DNA from: an uncultured Bacteroidia bacterium
GTDB taxonomy: Bacteria; Bacteroidota; Bacteroidia; Bacteroidales; UBA932
Length of the DNA stretch: 64,000 nt
Direction: 5' to 3'
NCBI GenBank assembly: GCA_902788175.1
Contig: CADAJF010000007.1
Coordinates: 34,775-98,774 of the forward strand
In this document: piece by piece, positions 29,733 through 38,938 of the stretch
How the letters are laid out: each line of letters opens with the position of its first letter
Position numbering within the stretch: the first letter of the stretch is position 1
Position numbers and translations under genes: made by a program
The notes under the pieces: generated by a model
What the model was told of the DNA's origin: nothing
What the model saw: only the letters and a program-made list of their open reading frames with translations
Database searches by the model: none

Positions 29733-30380
29733 TTACTCCTTGGAAAAGAATTTCCAGTGGAAAAGAAGTAAATAGATAGCGCCGCAGGTTACGCAACTGT
29801 CGGCGAAGTTGAACACGGGTTCAAAGAAAATGTGGCCGCCCACAAAGGGCATCCAATCCGGCCAGCGGAAAAGCGGGAAAAAGAACATATCCACCACCTT
29901 CCCCTGCATAAAAGGCGCGTAAGAGCCCAGCGTAGCCACTGCACTATAAGTGGATTCGCTGAAAATCTGGCCGTACAGCAGGCAATCGATGATATTGCCG
30001 AAAGCCCCTGCAGTGATCAGCGTAAGGCCCACCAGCACGCCCATGGGGACGGGGGCCGGCTGTGCCCCGGCCGTAGCGGAAGAGCCCGCAGCGGCCAAAG
30101 TCGCGTTTCTTTTCAAAAGGCGGGAAATCCACCAGACCAGGGCGCCGAAAAGCAGCAGACGGAAAACAGTGAGCAGGTACTTGCCCAGGACGCCGCCGAA
30201 ACTCATTCCGAAGGCCATGCCCTTGTTCTCCACAAAGAGCAGCTGGAACCAGTTTCCGAGAACGGGGATGCTCTCCCCCAGCGTCATGCTGGTCTTGACC
30301 AGGACTTTGATAAGCTGGTCAATGACTACAAGCGCCACGCCCAAAAGCAGCAGCCGGGCCCCTTTGGAAAGGCGGGGCAT
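29733..30380 (-). CDS. lspA: Lipoprotein signal peptidase
   Basis: DQLIK, ENKGMAFG, GAFGNIID, VVDM and VFNFAD motifs. Confidence 0.95.
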   Translation of the reverse strand: MPRLSKGARLLLLGVALVVIDQLIKVLVKTSMTLGESIPVLGNWFQLLFVENKGMAFGMSFGGVLGKYLLTVFRLLLFGALVWWISRLLKRNATLAAAGSSATAGAQPAPVPMGVLVGLTLITAGAFGNIIDCLLYGQIFSESTYSAVATLGSYAPFMQGKVVDMFFFPLFRWPDWMPFVGGHIFFEPVFNFADSCVTCGAIYLLLFHWKFFSKE

Positions 30381-30781
30381 TATTTGCGCCCCGTCTTTTC
30401 CAGGATAGCCTTACCCTCCACCGTAGTGGTGGCATGAGGGACCAGGCGCAGGCGCTCCTTGGGGATGAGCTTGCCAGTAACGCGGCAGATGCCGTAGGTT
30501 TTGTTTTCGATTCTGACCAAGGCAGCTTCCAGGTTCTGGATAAACTTGAATTGCCGATGAGCCAGGGCACCCGCCTCTTCCTTGGAAAGCTGGAAGGCGC
30601 CGTCGTCCTCCACGGTCTTGAAAGTAGGGGCTGTATCCAGGATATCGTTGCCGCCGGCGTGGGTCATGGCCTCTCTGAGGGTATTGTATTCTGCCCGGGC
30701 CTTCTCCAACATCTCGTTGATAATGGCGCGGAACTCGTCCAGTTCCTCGTCCGAATAGCGGGTTTTGCTGATTTCGTCCAT
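30380..30781 (-). CDS. TraR/DksA-family transcriptional regulator
   Basis: ALVRIENKTYGICRVTGKLIPKERL..VPHAT; ileS-dksA-lspA order. Confidence 0.9.
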   Translation of the reverse strand: MDEISKTRYSDEELDEFRAIINEMLEKARAEYNTLREAMTHAGGNDILDTAPTFKTVEDDGAFQLSKEEAGALAHRQFKFIQNLEAALVRIENKTYGICRVTGKLIPKERLRLVPHATTTVEGKAILEKTGRK

Positions 30782-30790
30782 AGGTATTGA

Positions 30791-33700
30791 TTATCGTTTA
30801 ATGTTCAAAAGGATGCTGCCTTCCGTCCACTCTACTTCCGTTGCGTCGGAAGGAGCCTCCGAGCGCGGATGCAGGCCCACGGAAAGGGACAGGGTTTGTG
30901 CTTTCACGTAATCGCCAAATGCCGAAAGGGCATCGGCGAGCGCAGGATCATCTGCGTAAACGTCCGTGACGATGCGGTCCGTCACTTCGAAGCCTGAACT
31001 CTTGCGCAGGTTCTGGATGCGGTTCACCAGCTCACGGGCCAGGCCTTCGCGGCGAAGCTGGGGCGTGACCTCAATGTCCAGCGCCACGGTAAGGGAGCCT
31101 TCCGAGGCCACCAGCCAGCCGGGCATGTCTTCCGACGAGATGGCATAGTCCCCGGGGTTAAGCAGGACCTCACCGCCCGGAAGGGCCAGTGTGTAGGCTT
31201 CCCCGGAAGTTTCGGCCTTCTGGATCTGGGCGATAATGCCTTGCTCCAGCGTGCCGAAAGCGGCTGCAATCTCTTTCATACGGGGACCGTAGCTCTTGCC
31301 CAGCACCTTGAAGTTGGGCTTGATGCGGAGGGTCATGATGCCGGTGGTGTCCGCGATGAAGGACATTTCCTTCACGTTCACCTCCGAGAGGATGATCTGT
31401 GCCACGGAATCCAGGCGTTCACGCACCTTTTCCGAGATAACCGGGATCATCACCTTCTGCAGCGGCTGTCGCACCGGAATATTCACTTTCTTACGAAGGG
31501 CCAGCACCAGCGAAGTGGCCTGCTGGGCCAGGGTCATGCGCTCTTCCAGCTCTGTGTCTATGAGCGAGGCATCGGCCTCCGGGAACAGCGTGAAGTGGAC
31601 GGATTCCGCCCCGGGAAGAAGATCCCCGTACAGCTGGTCCATGAAGAACGGCGCAATGGGAGCGCCCATGACGGCTACCTCTACCAGCACCTTGTGGAGG
31701 GTTTGGTAGGCGGCCTGCTTGTCCGGTGTCATGTCCCCGGCCCAGAAGCGGGCGCGGCTGAGGCGCACGTACCAGTTGGAGACATCGTCGCAGACAAAGG
31801 TTTCCAGGATGCGGCCGGCCGACTTGATGTCATAGTCCTCATAAGCCGCCTTCACCTGGGCCGTCACTGTATTCAGGCGGGAAAGCACCCAGCGGTCCAG
31901 TTCCGTCAGGGCTGCCTGGGCGGAGGCCTGCATCTCCCAGCCATCGATATTGGCGTAGCGGGCGAAGAAGGCATAGGTGTTATACAGCGTGCCGAAGAAC
32001 TTGCGGCGGACATCGGCCACGCCACCCTCGTCGAATTTTAAGTTGTCCCAGGGCTCTGCGTTGGTGAGCATGTACCAGCGAAGGGCGTCTGCCCCATAAG
32101 TATCCAGGGCCCAGAAGGGATCTACCGCGTTGCCCAGGCGCTTGGACATCTTGTTGCCGCTACGGTCCAGCACCAGGCCGTTGGAAATGACGCTCTTGAA
32201 GGCGGGCGTTCCCGACACCATGGTGTGGATGGCGTGCAGCGTATAGAACCAGCCGCGCGTCTGGTCCACGCCTTCTGCGATAAAGTCTGCGGTGGCGCCG
32301 AAGGCCGGGCTGTCCAGGGCCCGGAGGCCTTCCTGGGCATAGGGCATGGCGCCGGAGTCGAACCAGACATCGATAAGGTCCGTTTCCCGCGTCATCTTGC
32401 GCCCGCTGGCCGATACCAGGTAAATGCTGTCCACCCAAGGGCGGTGAAGGTCTATGCGCTCATAGTTTTCCAGCGACATGTCTGAAGGGTCGAAGCCCTT
32501 CTCCTTCAGGGGGTTGGAAGGCATGATGCCGGCGGCAACCGCCTTCTCTATCTCTTCGTAAAGCTCCTTGGCTGAACCTATGCAAATCTCTTCCTTGCCG
32601 TCTTCCGTGCGCCAGATGGGCAGGGGCGTACCCCAATAGCGGCTGCGGGAAAGGTTCCAGTCCTGGATATTCTCCAGCCAGACGCCAAAGCGGCCCGTTC
32701 CGGTAGAGGCAGGCTTCCAGCGGATCTGCTTGTTCAGCTCCACCATTTCCTCCTTTACGGCCGATGCCTTGATAAACCAGCTGTCCAGCGGGTAATAGAG
32801 CACCGGAAGGTCCGTGCGCCAGCTGTGCGGATAGCTGTGCACATGCTTCTGGACCTTGAAAGCGCGGCCATCGGCCTTCATCATTACGCAAAGGTCGATG
32901 TCCAGGGTGCCTTCTTCTGGTTCGTGCTCAAAATATTGCTTGTAACCGGCCTTTACGTAGCGGCCGGAGTATTCCTTGTACGATGCATCCACGGTGGCGG
33001 CATAGGCGGGATCCATGTCTTCCAGGCGCATGAAGCGGCCCTGGCGGTCCACCTGGGCCTGGGGGTTGCCGTCCCGGTCCACGGGCATGATGGCGCCAAT
33101 GCCTGCGGCCGCAGCCACGCGTTTGTCATCTGCGCCGAAGGTGGGGGCGATGTGCACGATACCCGTACCGTCCGAGGTGGTGACATAGTCTCCGGTGATG
33201 ACGCGGAAACCGTCCCCGTCCGGCTTGAACCAGGGGATGAGCTGGTGGTAGCGGATACCGGCCAGCTGAGAGCCCTTCCAGCTGCCTTCCAGCACCCTGT
33301 AGGGCACTTTAGGGCCGAACCAGGTCTCTACCAAGTCCTTGGCCAGCACATAAATGCCGGGAGCGCCGGTGTAGGGGTTCTGCGACAGCACGCGCACATA
33401 CTCCACGTCCGGGCCGACGCAAAGCGCCGTATTGGACGGGAGCGTCCAGGGCGTGGTGGTCCAGGCCAACATGAACACCGGCAGGGTTTCTGTCCCGAAG
33501 AGGGGCTGCGAGGCGCCGTCCTTGATAAGCTCGAACTGGACGGTGGCCGTGGTGTCACTCACGTCCTTGTAGCAGCCGGGCTGGTTGAGCTCATGGGAGC
33601 TGAGACCGGTGCCGTCCGTGGGCGAGTAAGGCTGGATGGTGTAACCCTTGTACAGAAGGCCCTTCAGGTAGATTTTCTTGAGGAGATACCAGAGCGTCTC

Positions 33701-34168
33701 TATGTAACGGTTGTCGTAGGTGATGTAAGGGTCCTGCATATCTACCCAGTAGCCTACGCGCTCTGTCATGTTCTCCCATTCCTTGGTGTATTTCATCACC
33801 TCCGTGCGGCAGGTGGCGTTGTATTCCGCTACGCTTACCTTGGTGCCGATATCCGCCTTGGTGATGCCCAGCTTTTTCTCCACGCCCAGTTCCACGGGGA
33901 GGCCGTGGGTGTCCCAGCCGGCGCGGCGGCTCACTTTGTAGCCGGTCTGCGTCTTGTAGCGGCAGATGGCATCCTTGATGGAACGGGCCATCACGTGGTG
34001 GATGCCCGGCATGCCGTTGGCGCTGGGCGGACCTTCGAAGAAGATGAAGGCAGGGGCTCCCTCACGGATTTCCAGCGATTTTTCAAACGCATGAGTCCGT
34101 TTCCACCTTTCCAGAACCGCACGTGCGCTTTCTGTCAGGTCCAGCCCCTTGTATTCTTTGAATGTCAT
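30791..34168 (-). CDS. ileS: Isoleucine--tRNA ligase (type 2)
   Basis: EGPPSANG, GWDTHGLP, WTTTPWT, SRSRYWGTP, DQTRGWF and KMSKR motifs. Confidence 0.97.
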   Translation of the reverse strand: MTFKEYKGLDLTESARAVLERWKRTHAFEKSLEIREGAPAFIFFEGPPSANGMPGIHHVMARSIKDAICRYKTQTGYKVSRRAGWDTHGLPVELGVEKKLGITKADIGTKVSVAEYNATCRTEVMKYTKEWENMTERVGYWVDMQDPYITYDNRYIETLWYLLKKIYLKGLLYKGYTIQPYSPTDGTGLSSHELNQPGCYKDVSDTTATVQFELIKDGASQPLFGTETLPVFMLAWTTTPWTLPSNTALCVGPDVEYVRVLSQNPYTGAPGIYVLAKDLVETWFGPKVPYRVLEGSWKGSQLAGIRYHQLIPWFKPDGDGFRVITGDYVTTSDGTGIVHIAPTFGADDKRVAAAAGIGAIMPVDRDGNPQAQVDRQGRFMRLEDMDPAYAATVDASYKEYSGRYVKAGYKQYFEHEPEEGTLDIDLCVMMKADGRAFKVQKHVHSYPHSWRTDLPVLYYPLDSWFIKASAVKEEMVELNKQIRWKPASTGTGRFGVWLENIQDWNLSRSRYWGTPLPIWRTEDGKEEICIGSAKELYEEIEKAVAAGIMPSNPLKEKGFDPSDMSLENYERIDLHRPWVDSIYLVSASGRKMTRETDLIDVWFDSGAMPYAQEGLRALDSPAFGATADFIAEGVDQTRGWFYTLHAIHTMVSGTPAFKSVISNGLVLDRSGNKMSKRLGNAVDPFWALDTYGADALRWYMLTNAEPWDNLKFDEGGVADVRRKFFGTLYNTYAFFARYANIDGWEMQASAQAALTELDRWVLSRLNTVTAQVKAAYEDYDIKSAGRILETFVCDDVSNWYVRLSRARFWAGDMTPDKQAAYQTLHKVLVEVAVMGAPIAPFFMDQLYGDLLPGAESVHFTLFPEADASLIDTELEERMTLAQQATSLVLALRKKVNIPVRQPLQKVMIPVISEKVRERLDSVAQIILSEVNVKEMSFIADTTGIMTLRIKPNFKVLGKSYGPRMKEIAAAFGTLEQGIIAQIQKAETSGEAYTLALPGGEVLLNPGDYAISSEDMPGWLVASEGSLTVALDIEVTPQLRREGLARELVNRIQNLRKSSGFEVTDRIVTDVYADDPALADALSAFGDYVKAQTLSLSVGLHPRSEAPSDATEVEWTEGSILLNIKR

Positions 34169-34205
34169 ATTTTTTGTCTATTTTTGTACCGCTATATAAA
34201 GTGTG

Positions 34206-34213
34206 CAAAGATA
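34206..34213 (-). promoter_or_regulatory. -7 promoter box (TATCTTTG) for ileS
   Basis: TAnnTTTG consensus. Confidence 0.65.
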
Positions 34214-34237
34214 AATAAATTAAGTGGGATTCACAAC

Positions 34238-34735
34238 ATGAACAGTCTGGATATCGTCTTTCTCCTGCTCTTTATCCCCGGCGTCATCCGAGGGCTCACA
34301 AAAGGCTTTCTGGAGCAGGTTATTTCCCTGGGAGGCGTGGTGCTAAGCGCCTTCCTGGCTTACCGTTTCAGCGGTTTCGCCTGCGACATCCTCAAAGAGT
34401 ACATCACCGTCTCGGAAACGGTGCTGCACGTGATTGGTTTCGCCGCCGTGCTGGTGCTTTCGCTGGTGCTGGTGATCCTACTGGCCAAACTGGTCACCAA
34501 AGTGGCCGAGATGGCCTCCCTTGGCTGGCTGAACAAAGTGCTGGGCATTGTGTTTTCCCTCTTTACCACCGCCCTTATCCTCTCCATCCTCATTATCCTC
34601 TTTGACACCGTGAACGTCAAGTTCGAACTGGTAACAAGCCCCATCCTCCAGGAGTCCGTCCTCTACGGCCACCTGAAGGATTTCGGGTACTACGTCTTCC
34701 CCTATCTGAAGCAATTGCTGATGCTGGGGTCCTAA
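34238..34735 (+). CDS. CvpA-family membrane protein
   Basis: MNSLDIV..GVIRGLTKGF and LGWLNKVLG patterns; it is the 3' end of track ORF 32825..34735. Confidence 0.85.
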   Translation: MNSLDIVFLLLFIPGVIRGLTKGFLEQVISLGGVVLSAFLAYRFSGFACDILKEYITVSETVLHVIGFAAVLVLSLVLVILLAKLVTKVAEMASLGWLNKVLGIVFSLFTTALILSILIILFDTVNVKFELVTSPILQESVLYGHLKDFGYYVFPYLKQLLMLGS

Positions 34736-34742
34736 AAGGAGC

Positions 34743-35495
34743 CTACCACAACTGTTTTTTAGAGACGGTGGCCACAAAGTCTTTCAGGTAGAAAGGCTCG
34801 AAGTAGGCCAGGTCTTCGAAGCGCCCGGTCTCCCATGCGTCCTGGGCCAGCGGCACCATGTGCCGGGCCAGCGGAAAGGCTTCCCGGAAAAGGGCATGGG
34901 GGTGCCGGAGAACCTGCGCGCATTTGAGCGCCCCGTCCCCCACAAAAAGCACCTGACCCTGAGCAAGTTCACTGGCGAAGGACGCTTCTGTCACCACCTG
35001 TGCCTCAACGGGAGTGAGCCGCTCCCCTTCCCCGGAATACACAGCCGTGTACACCTCCATCCGGCGGGCATCGATCATCGGGACGATAAAGGATGCTCTG
35101 CATCCTTTATCATCCATATTGTCTTCGACAAACTGGGGGACTAATCCCCCAGACCCCCTGTGTCGCTTCGCTCCGGCGCTATAGCAACCAGCAACAAGGA
35201 TATCCAGCGTTCCCACCGAAAGCAGGGGAATATCGACCCCGAAGCACAGGCCCTTGGCGGTGGAAACGCCCACCCTGAGGCCTGTATAGGACCCCGGGCC
35301 GGCGCTTACGCAGACGGCATCGCACTGGGCCATGTCCACGCCGGCCTCCGAGAGCACCTCCTTCACCAGCGGGGCGGTAAGGGCCGCCTGCTGCCGGGGC
35401 TCCGTGCACACGCGTTCAGCGACAACAGCCCTGTCCCGGGCCAAAGCCACGGACAGGACTGCCGTAGAAGTTTCTATGCAAAGGATGAGCGCCAT
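34743..35495 (-). CDS. tsaB: tRNA threonylcarbamoyladenosine biosynthesis protein TsaB, with an internal in-frame insert
   Basis: IETST, GPGSYTGLRVG, PMIDARRMEVY and FEPFYLKDF motifs. Confidence 0.95.
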   Translation of the reverse strand: MALILCIETSTAVLSVALARDRAVVAERVCTEPRQQAALTAPLVKEVLSEAGVDMAQCDAVCVSAGPGSYTGLRVGVSTAKGLCFGVDIPLLSVGTLDILVAGCYSAGAKRHRGSGGLVPQFVEDNMDDKGCRASFIVPMIDARRMEVYTAVYSGEGERLTPVEAQVVTEASFASELAQGQVLFVGDGALKCAQVLRHPHALFREAFPLARHMVPLAQDAWETGRFEDLAYFEPFYLKDFVATVSKKQLW

Positions 35496-36607
35496 CAGAG
35501 TTTGCGGCGAAGATAGTCCCGCAGGGAAACTGCATCCCGCACACGGGCTTCCGAATCCAGGGTGCCATCCACGATGAACCAGGCCATGGGCAGGCTGCCG
35601 ATTCCGTAAGAGCCCACATAGGGCGACTGGACACCGCGGGTGTCACAGACATTCACCCAGGGCAGTTCCTGGTTGCGGACCGCAGCGGCCCAGGAAGACT
35701 TGTTGTCGTCCAGGCACACGGCATAAATCTCGAAGCCTCTCCCGTGGAAAGTCTCATACAGCGGCAGCAGGGAGTCCAGATTGAACATCTTCTGCTGCGC
35801 GGTGGAAGACCAGAAATACACCATGGTCACCTTGCCTTCCACGCTGCTCAGTTTGATATCTTTCCCGTCCAAGCCGGGCAGGTTGATGTCAATGTAACCC
35901 ACCTCACGGGCATCCCGCATACGGTTGTCCACGTCCAGGGCGGCCAGGCGGCGGGCAGCCTCCTTCTCCAGGGCCTTCACATAGCGGGATTCAGGATAGA
36001 CGGTTTTGAGGGAGTCACAGATACTGCGCATGAGGATACCGTCCGTGGCCTGGCTGAATACCGGCAGCGAGGGATTCACCTGCTGGAACAGCACCGGAAC
36101 CGTGGTGAGGGAATGGGCGTTGCCCACTACGTAAGCCACTCTGTCGCGGTAATAGGCGACATAACGGCGCGACAGGGCCGGGTCAATGTGGCCGTTTCTG
36201 GCAAGAATCTGGTTCATGTCCCGCATGAAGGCGTTGTAGTCGCTTTCTATCTGCTGCAGGCGGGCCGACTCCTGCGAGCCTTCCACCGTATAAACGCCCA
36301 GGGTATCCGTCATCACCTTCACCTTGTCCCCTTTCTCCAGGAGCAGGGAGGCGATCTGGCGGTCTCCGTAAAACAGATAGATGAATTCCGGTTTACCTTC
36401 ATCCAGGTGCAGGGCATAGCTGAAGTTTCCGGAGGCACCCACCTTCACGGTATCCAACACCTGGAAACGATTCACATCCAGGAGCTTGACAATAACTTCG
36501 CGGCCTTCTCCCTCATGGAGATTACCCTCTATCCGGGTATTTTTCCCGCAGGAGGCCAGCAGCGCCAAAAAGGCGGCGGCCAGGATCAAACGCTTAAAGC
36601 TTATCAT
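35495..36607 (-). CDS. DUF4369/TlpA-like thioredoxin-fold lipoprotein lacking CxxC
   Basis: Lipobox LASC; C-terminal Trx-like fold (MVYFWSS, FEIYAVCLD, LPWVNV). Confidence 0.7.
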   Translation of the reverse strand: MISFKRLILAAAFLALLASCGKNTRIEGNLHEGEGREVIVKLLDVNRFQVLDTVKVGASGNFSYALHLDEGKPEFIYLFYGDRQIASLLLEKGDKVKVMTDTLGVYTVEGSQESARLQQIESDYNAFMRDMNQILARNGHIDPALSRRYVAYYRDRVAYVVGNAHSLTTVPVLFQQVNPSLPVFSQATDGILMRSICDSLKTVYPESRYVKALEKEAARRLAALDVDNRMRDAREVGYIDINLPGLDGKDIKLSSVEGKVTMVYFWSSTAQQKMFNLDSLLPLYETFHGRGFEIYAVCLDDNKSSWAAAVRNQELPWVNVCDTRGVQSPYVGSYGIGSLPMAWFIVDGTLDSEARVRDAVSLRDYLRRKL

Positions 36608-36998
36608 AGGCGGCAAGAATATTTTGGGCGATGGAGCGCATCTGCTCCGGCTCCAGCTGGAGTTTGGCCTTGCGGAAATCCATGTCTCCTTCCGTCTGGA
36701 GGGGCACCAGGTGAATGTGTGTATGGGGCACTTCCATGCCCAGGACGGCCACCCCCACCCTTTTGCAGGGAACGGCCTCTTTCAGGGCTACGGCCACTTT
36801 GCGGGCAAAAGCCCACAGGCCTTCATAGGTTTGCTCATCCAGGTGGAAAAGATAATCGTCCTCCACGTGCTTGGGGATGACCAGCGTATGGCCGGCCGAA
36901 AGCGGGGAAATATCCAGGAAAGCGTAGAAATCCTCGCTTTCCGCGCACTTGTAAGAGGGAATCTCCCCTTGGGCGATTTTGGTAAAAATGGTTGCCAT
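36594..36998 (-). CDS. HIT-family protein
   Basis: TIFTKI, AFLDISP, GHTLVIPK and VPHTHIHLVP triad. Confidence 0.93.
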   Translation of the reverse strand: MATIFTKIAQGEIPSYKCAESEDFYAFLDISPLSAGHTLVIPKHVEDDYLFHLDEQTYEGLWAFARKVAVALKEAVPCKRVGVAVLGMEVPHTHIHLVPLQTEGDMDFRKAKLQLEPEQMRSIAQNILAAYDKL

Positions 36999-37002
36999 GA
37001 CT

Positions 37003-37470
37003 TTAGACCGTGATTTCCAGAATTTCAAATTTCATAAGGCCGCTGGGCACTTTGGCTTCTACGGTTTCGCCGGCGCCATGCCCCATCAGGGCCTTGGCAA
37101 TGGGCGTTGTGGCGGCCAGAAGGCCCTTGGAGAAGTCTGCCTCGCTTTCCGGAACAATCTGGAAGTTCATGGTCATTTTGTTGGCAAGGTTTTTCACCTT
37201 CACCTTGGAAAGAAGCTGCACGGAGTCCGCCGAGAGCTTGCTCTCGTCGATTACGCGGGCATTGGCCAGCTTCTCCTTGAGGCGGGCAATCTTCACTTCC
37301 AAAAGGCCCTGCGCATCGCGCGCAGCGTCATATTCCGCATTTTCCGAGAGGTCTCCCTTCTCGCGGGCTTCCGCAATGGCAGCGGAAATCACCGGCCGCT
37401 GGGCCAGTGCATCGGCGAGGTCCTTTTTCAGTTTGTCAAGGCCTGCCTGTGTCATCATTTCAATGGCCAT
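37003..37470 (-). CDS. greA: Transcription elongation factor GreA
   Basis: AREKGDLSENAEYDAAR motif. Confidence 0.96.
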   Translation of the reverse strand: MAIEMMTQAGLDKLKKDLADALAQRPVISAAIAEAREKGDLSENAEYDAARDAQGLLEVKIARLKEKLANARVIDESKLSADSVQLLSKVKVKNLANKMTMNFQIVPESEADFSKGLLAATTPIAKALMGHGAGETVEAKVPSGLMKFEILEITV

Positions 37471-37493
37471 AATTATGCAGTATTTTCGTTGTC

Positions 37494-37551
37494 AAAAAAG
37501 GAGCCGACGACCGATTCCCGGCCGTCGAGCATGCATTGTTCTGCAAAGGTA
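37494..37551 (-). promoter_or_regulatory. greA promoter box (TACCTTTG, 37544-37551) and leader terminator-like hairpin
   Basis: CGACGGCCGG-gaa-TCGGTCGTCG then GCTCC-TTTTTT between the promoter box and the ATG. Confidence 0.6.
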
Positions 37552-37596
37552 GCAATTAAAATGAGAAAAAGAAATTTCTGGGGCCGAAAAACACTA

Positions 37597-38921
37597 CTAT
37601 CGCCCTTCGAATTCCTTCAGTGCCTTGATGGCCTTGGGACAGAGGATGAGGATGGAAACTACGGTCCCCCAGGCCATCAGGCCTACGCCGATGTCGCCCA
37701 GAGTCCACACCAGGTCTGCCTCCCGTACGGCACCGAACACTACCGCGCCAATCATCAGGGCCTGGAAAAGACGTACAACCAGCTTCTCCCGCCTGTTGTT
37801 CTTGCCGTGGAAAAGGTAAAGAATGCCCGTCTCTGCATAAAAGTAGTAGGCCATGATGGTGCTGAAGGCGAAAAAGACCATGGCAATGGAAATGAAACGG
37901 CTACCGAAGCCCGCAAAAACCGTATCTACCGCACTCTGGGTAAAAGCGGCGTAATTGTTTCCCAGCTCCGGCGCATTGGCAAGCAGCATCTCTCCGGTGG
38001 CCGAATCAATGATATTGTACGTGCCGGAAGTCAGGATCATCAGGGCCGTGGCGGTACATACCAGCAGGGTGTCCACATAGACGGAAAACGCCTGTGCAAG
38101 ACCCTGCTGTGCAGGATGCTCTACGTCGGCCGCTGCCGATACGATGGCTCCCGTTCCCTGCCCGGCCTCATTGGAAAAGATGCCCCGTTTGACGCCCATC
38201 GCGATGGTGGAGCCGTGGACGCAAAAACAGCCGGAATATCATGGATATGGTAGCCCACTACCACCAGTGACAGCAGGATATAGCCAAAGGCCATGAAAGG
38301 CGTGACGATGGACGCCACCTTGGCAATCCGCTGCACACCGCCGATAATCACAAATCCCATCAGGACAGCCAGGCCGATACCCGTTGCCAGCGGCGGCACA
38401 GGAAAGGCATTCTGCATGGCCATCGAGGCGCCGTTGGACTGTACCGTCACCAGGAAAAAGCCACAGCATACAAGCGTTATGACAGCGAACAGAACGCCCA
38501 GCCAGCGCTTCCCAAGGCCATGCTCGATAAAACTGAAGGGGCCGCCGCGGTAGCCTGACTCATGCGGGAATTTGTAAATCTGCGCCAAGGTGGATTCCAC
38601 AAAAGCGGTGGATGCGCCAAAAAACGCCACCACCCACATCCAGAACACCGCTCCCGGTCCGCCAAACGCTATAGCCGTTGCCACGCCCACGATATTGCCT
38701 GTTCCCACGCGCCCGGACAGCGCTATGCAAAACGCCTCGAAGGAACTGATGCCATCTCCCAGCTTCTTTTTCTTCCCAAAGAGCGAGCGAAGCATCAGTT
38801 TGAAGCGACGCACCTGCACTAAGCGCGTACGCACTGAGAAATACAAACCCGCCACCAGCAGCAAAACCACCAGCCCCGGGTTCCAGACAATCTCATTAAG
38901 GGTAGACACAAACTTTTCCAT
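37597..38921 (-). pseudogene. Alanine/glycine:cation symporter (AGCS/AlsT family), frameshifted by an internal deletion
   Basis: 5' ORF has RVGTGNIVGVA and GGPGAVFWMW; 3' ORF has MGVKRGIFSNEAG and DTLLVCTAT; frame changes near 38215. Confidence 0.85.
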
Positions 38922-38938
38922 AAGCGGCTCTATCAATA

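Noticed and set aside
30045-30120. Ala-rich insert in LspA (NATLAAAGSSATAGAQPAP)
   Set aside because: Low-complexity loop between TM helices with no clear hairpin or shared motif with the other elements.
30380-30781. DksA-like protein with only one Cys (no four-Cys zinc finger)
   Set aside because: To my knowledge this is the usual Bacteroidota form, so not unusual.
32825-34735. 636-aa + strand ORF
   Set aside because: Only the last 165 codons (CvpA) are credible; the rest is antisense to ileS.
38215-38230. Programmed frameshift or phase-variable T-tract in the alanine symporter
   Set aside because: The T5 run is short and conserved residues are missing at the junction, which fits a deletion rather than slippage.
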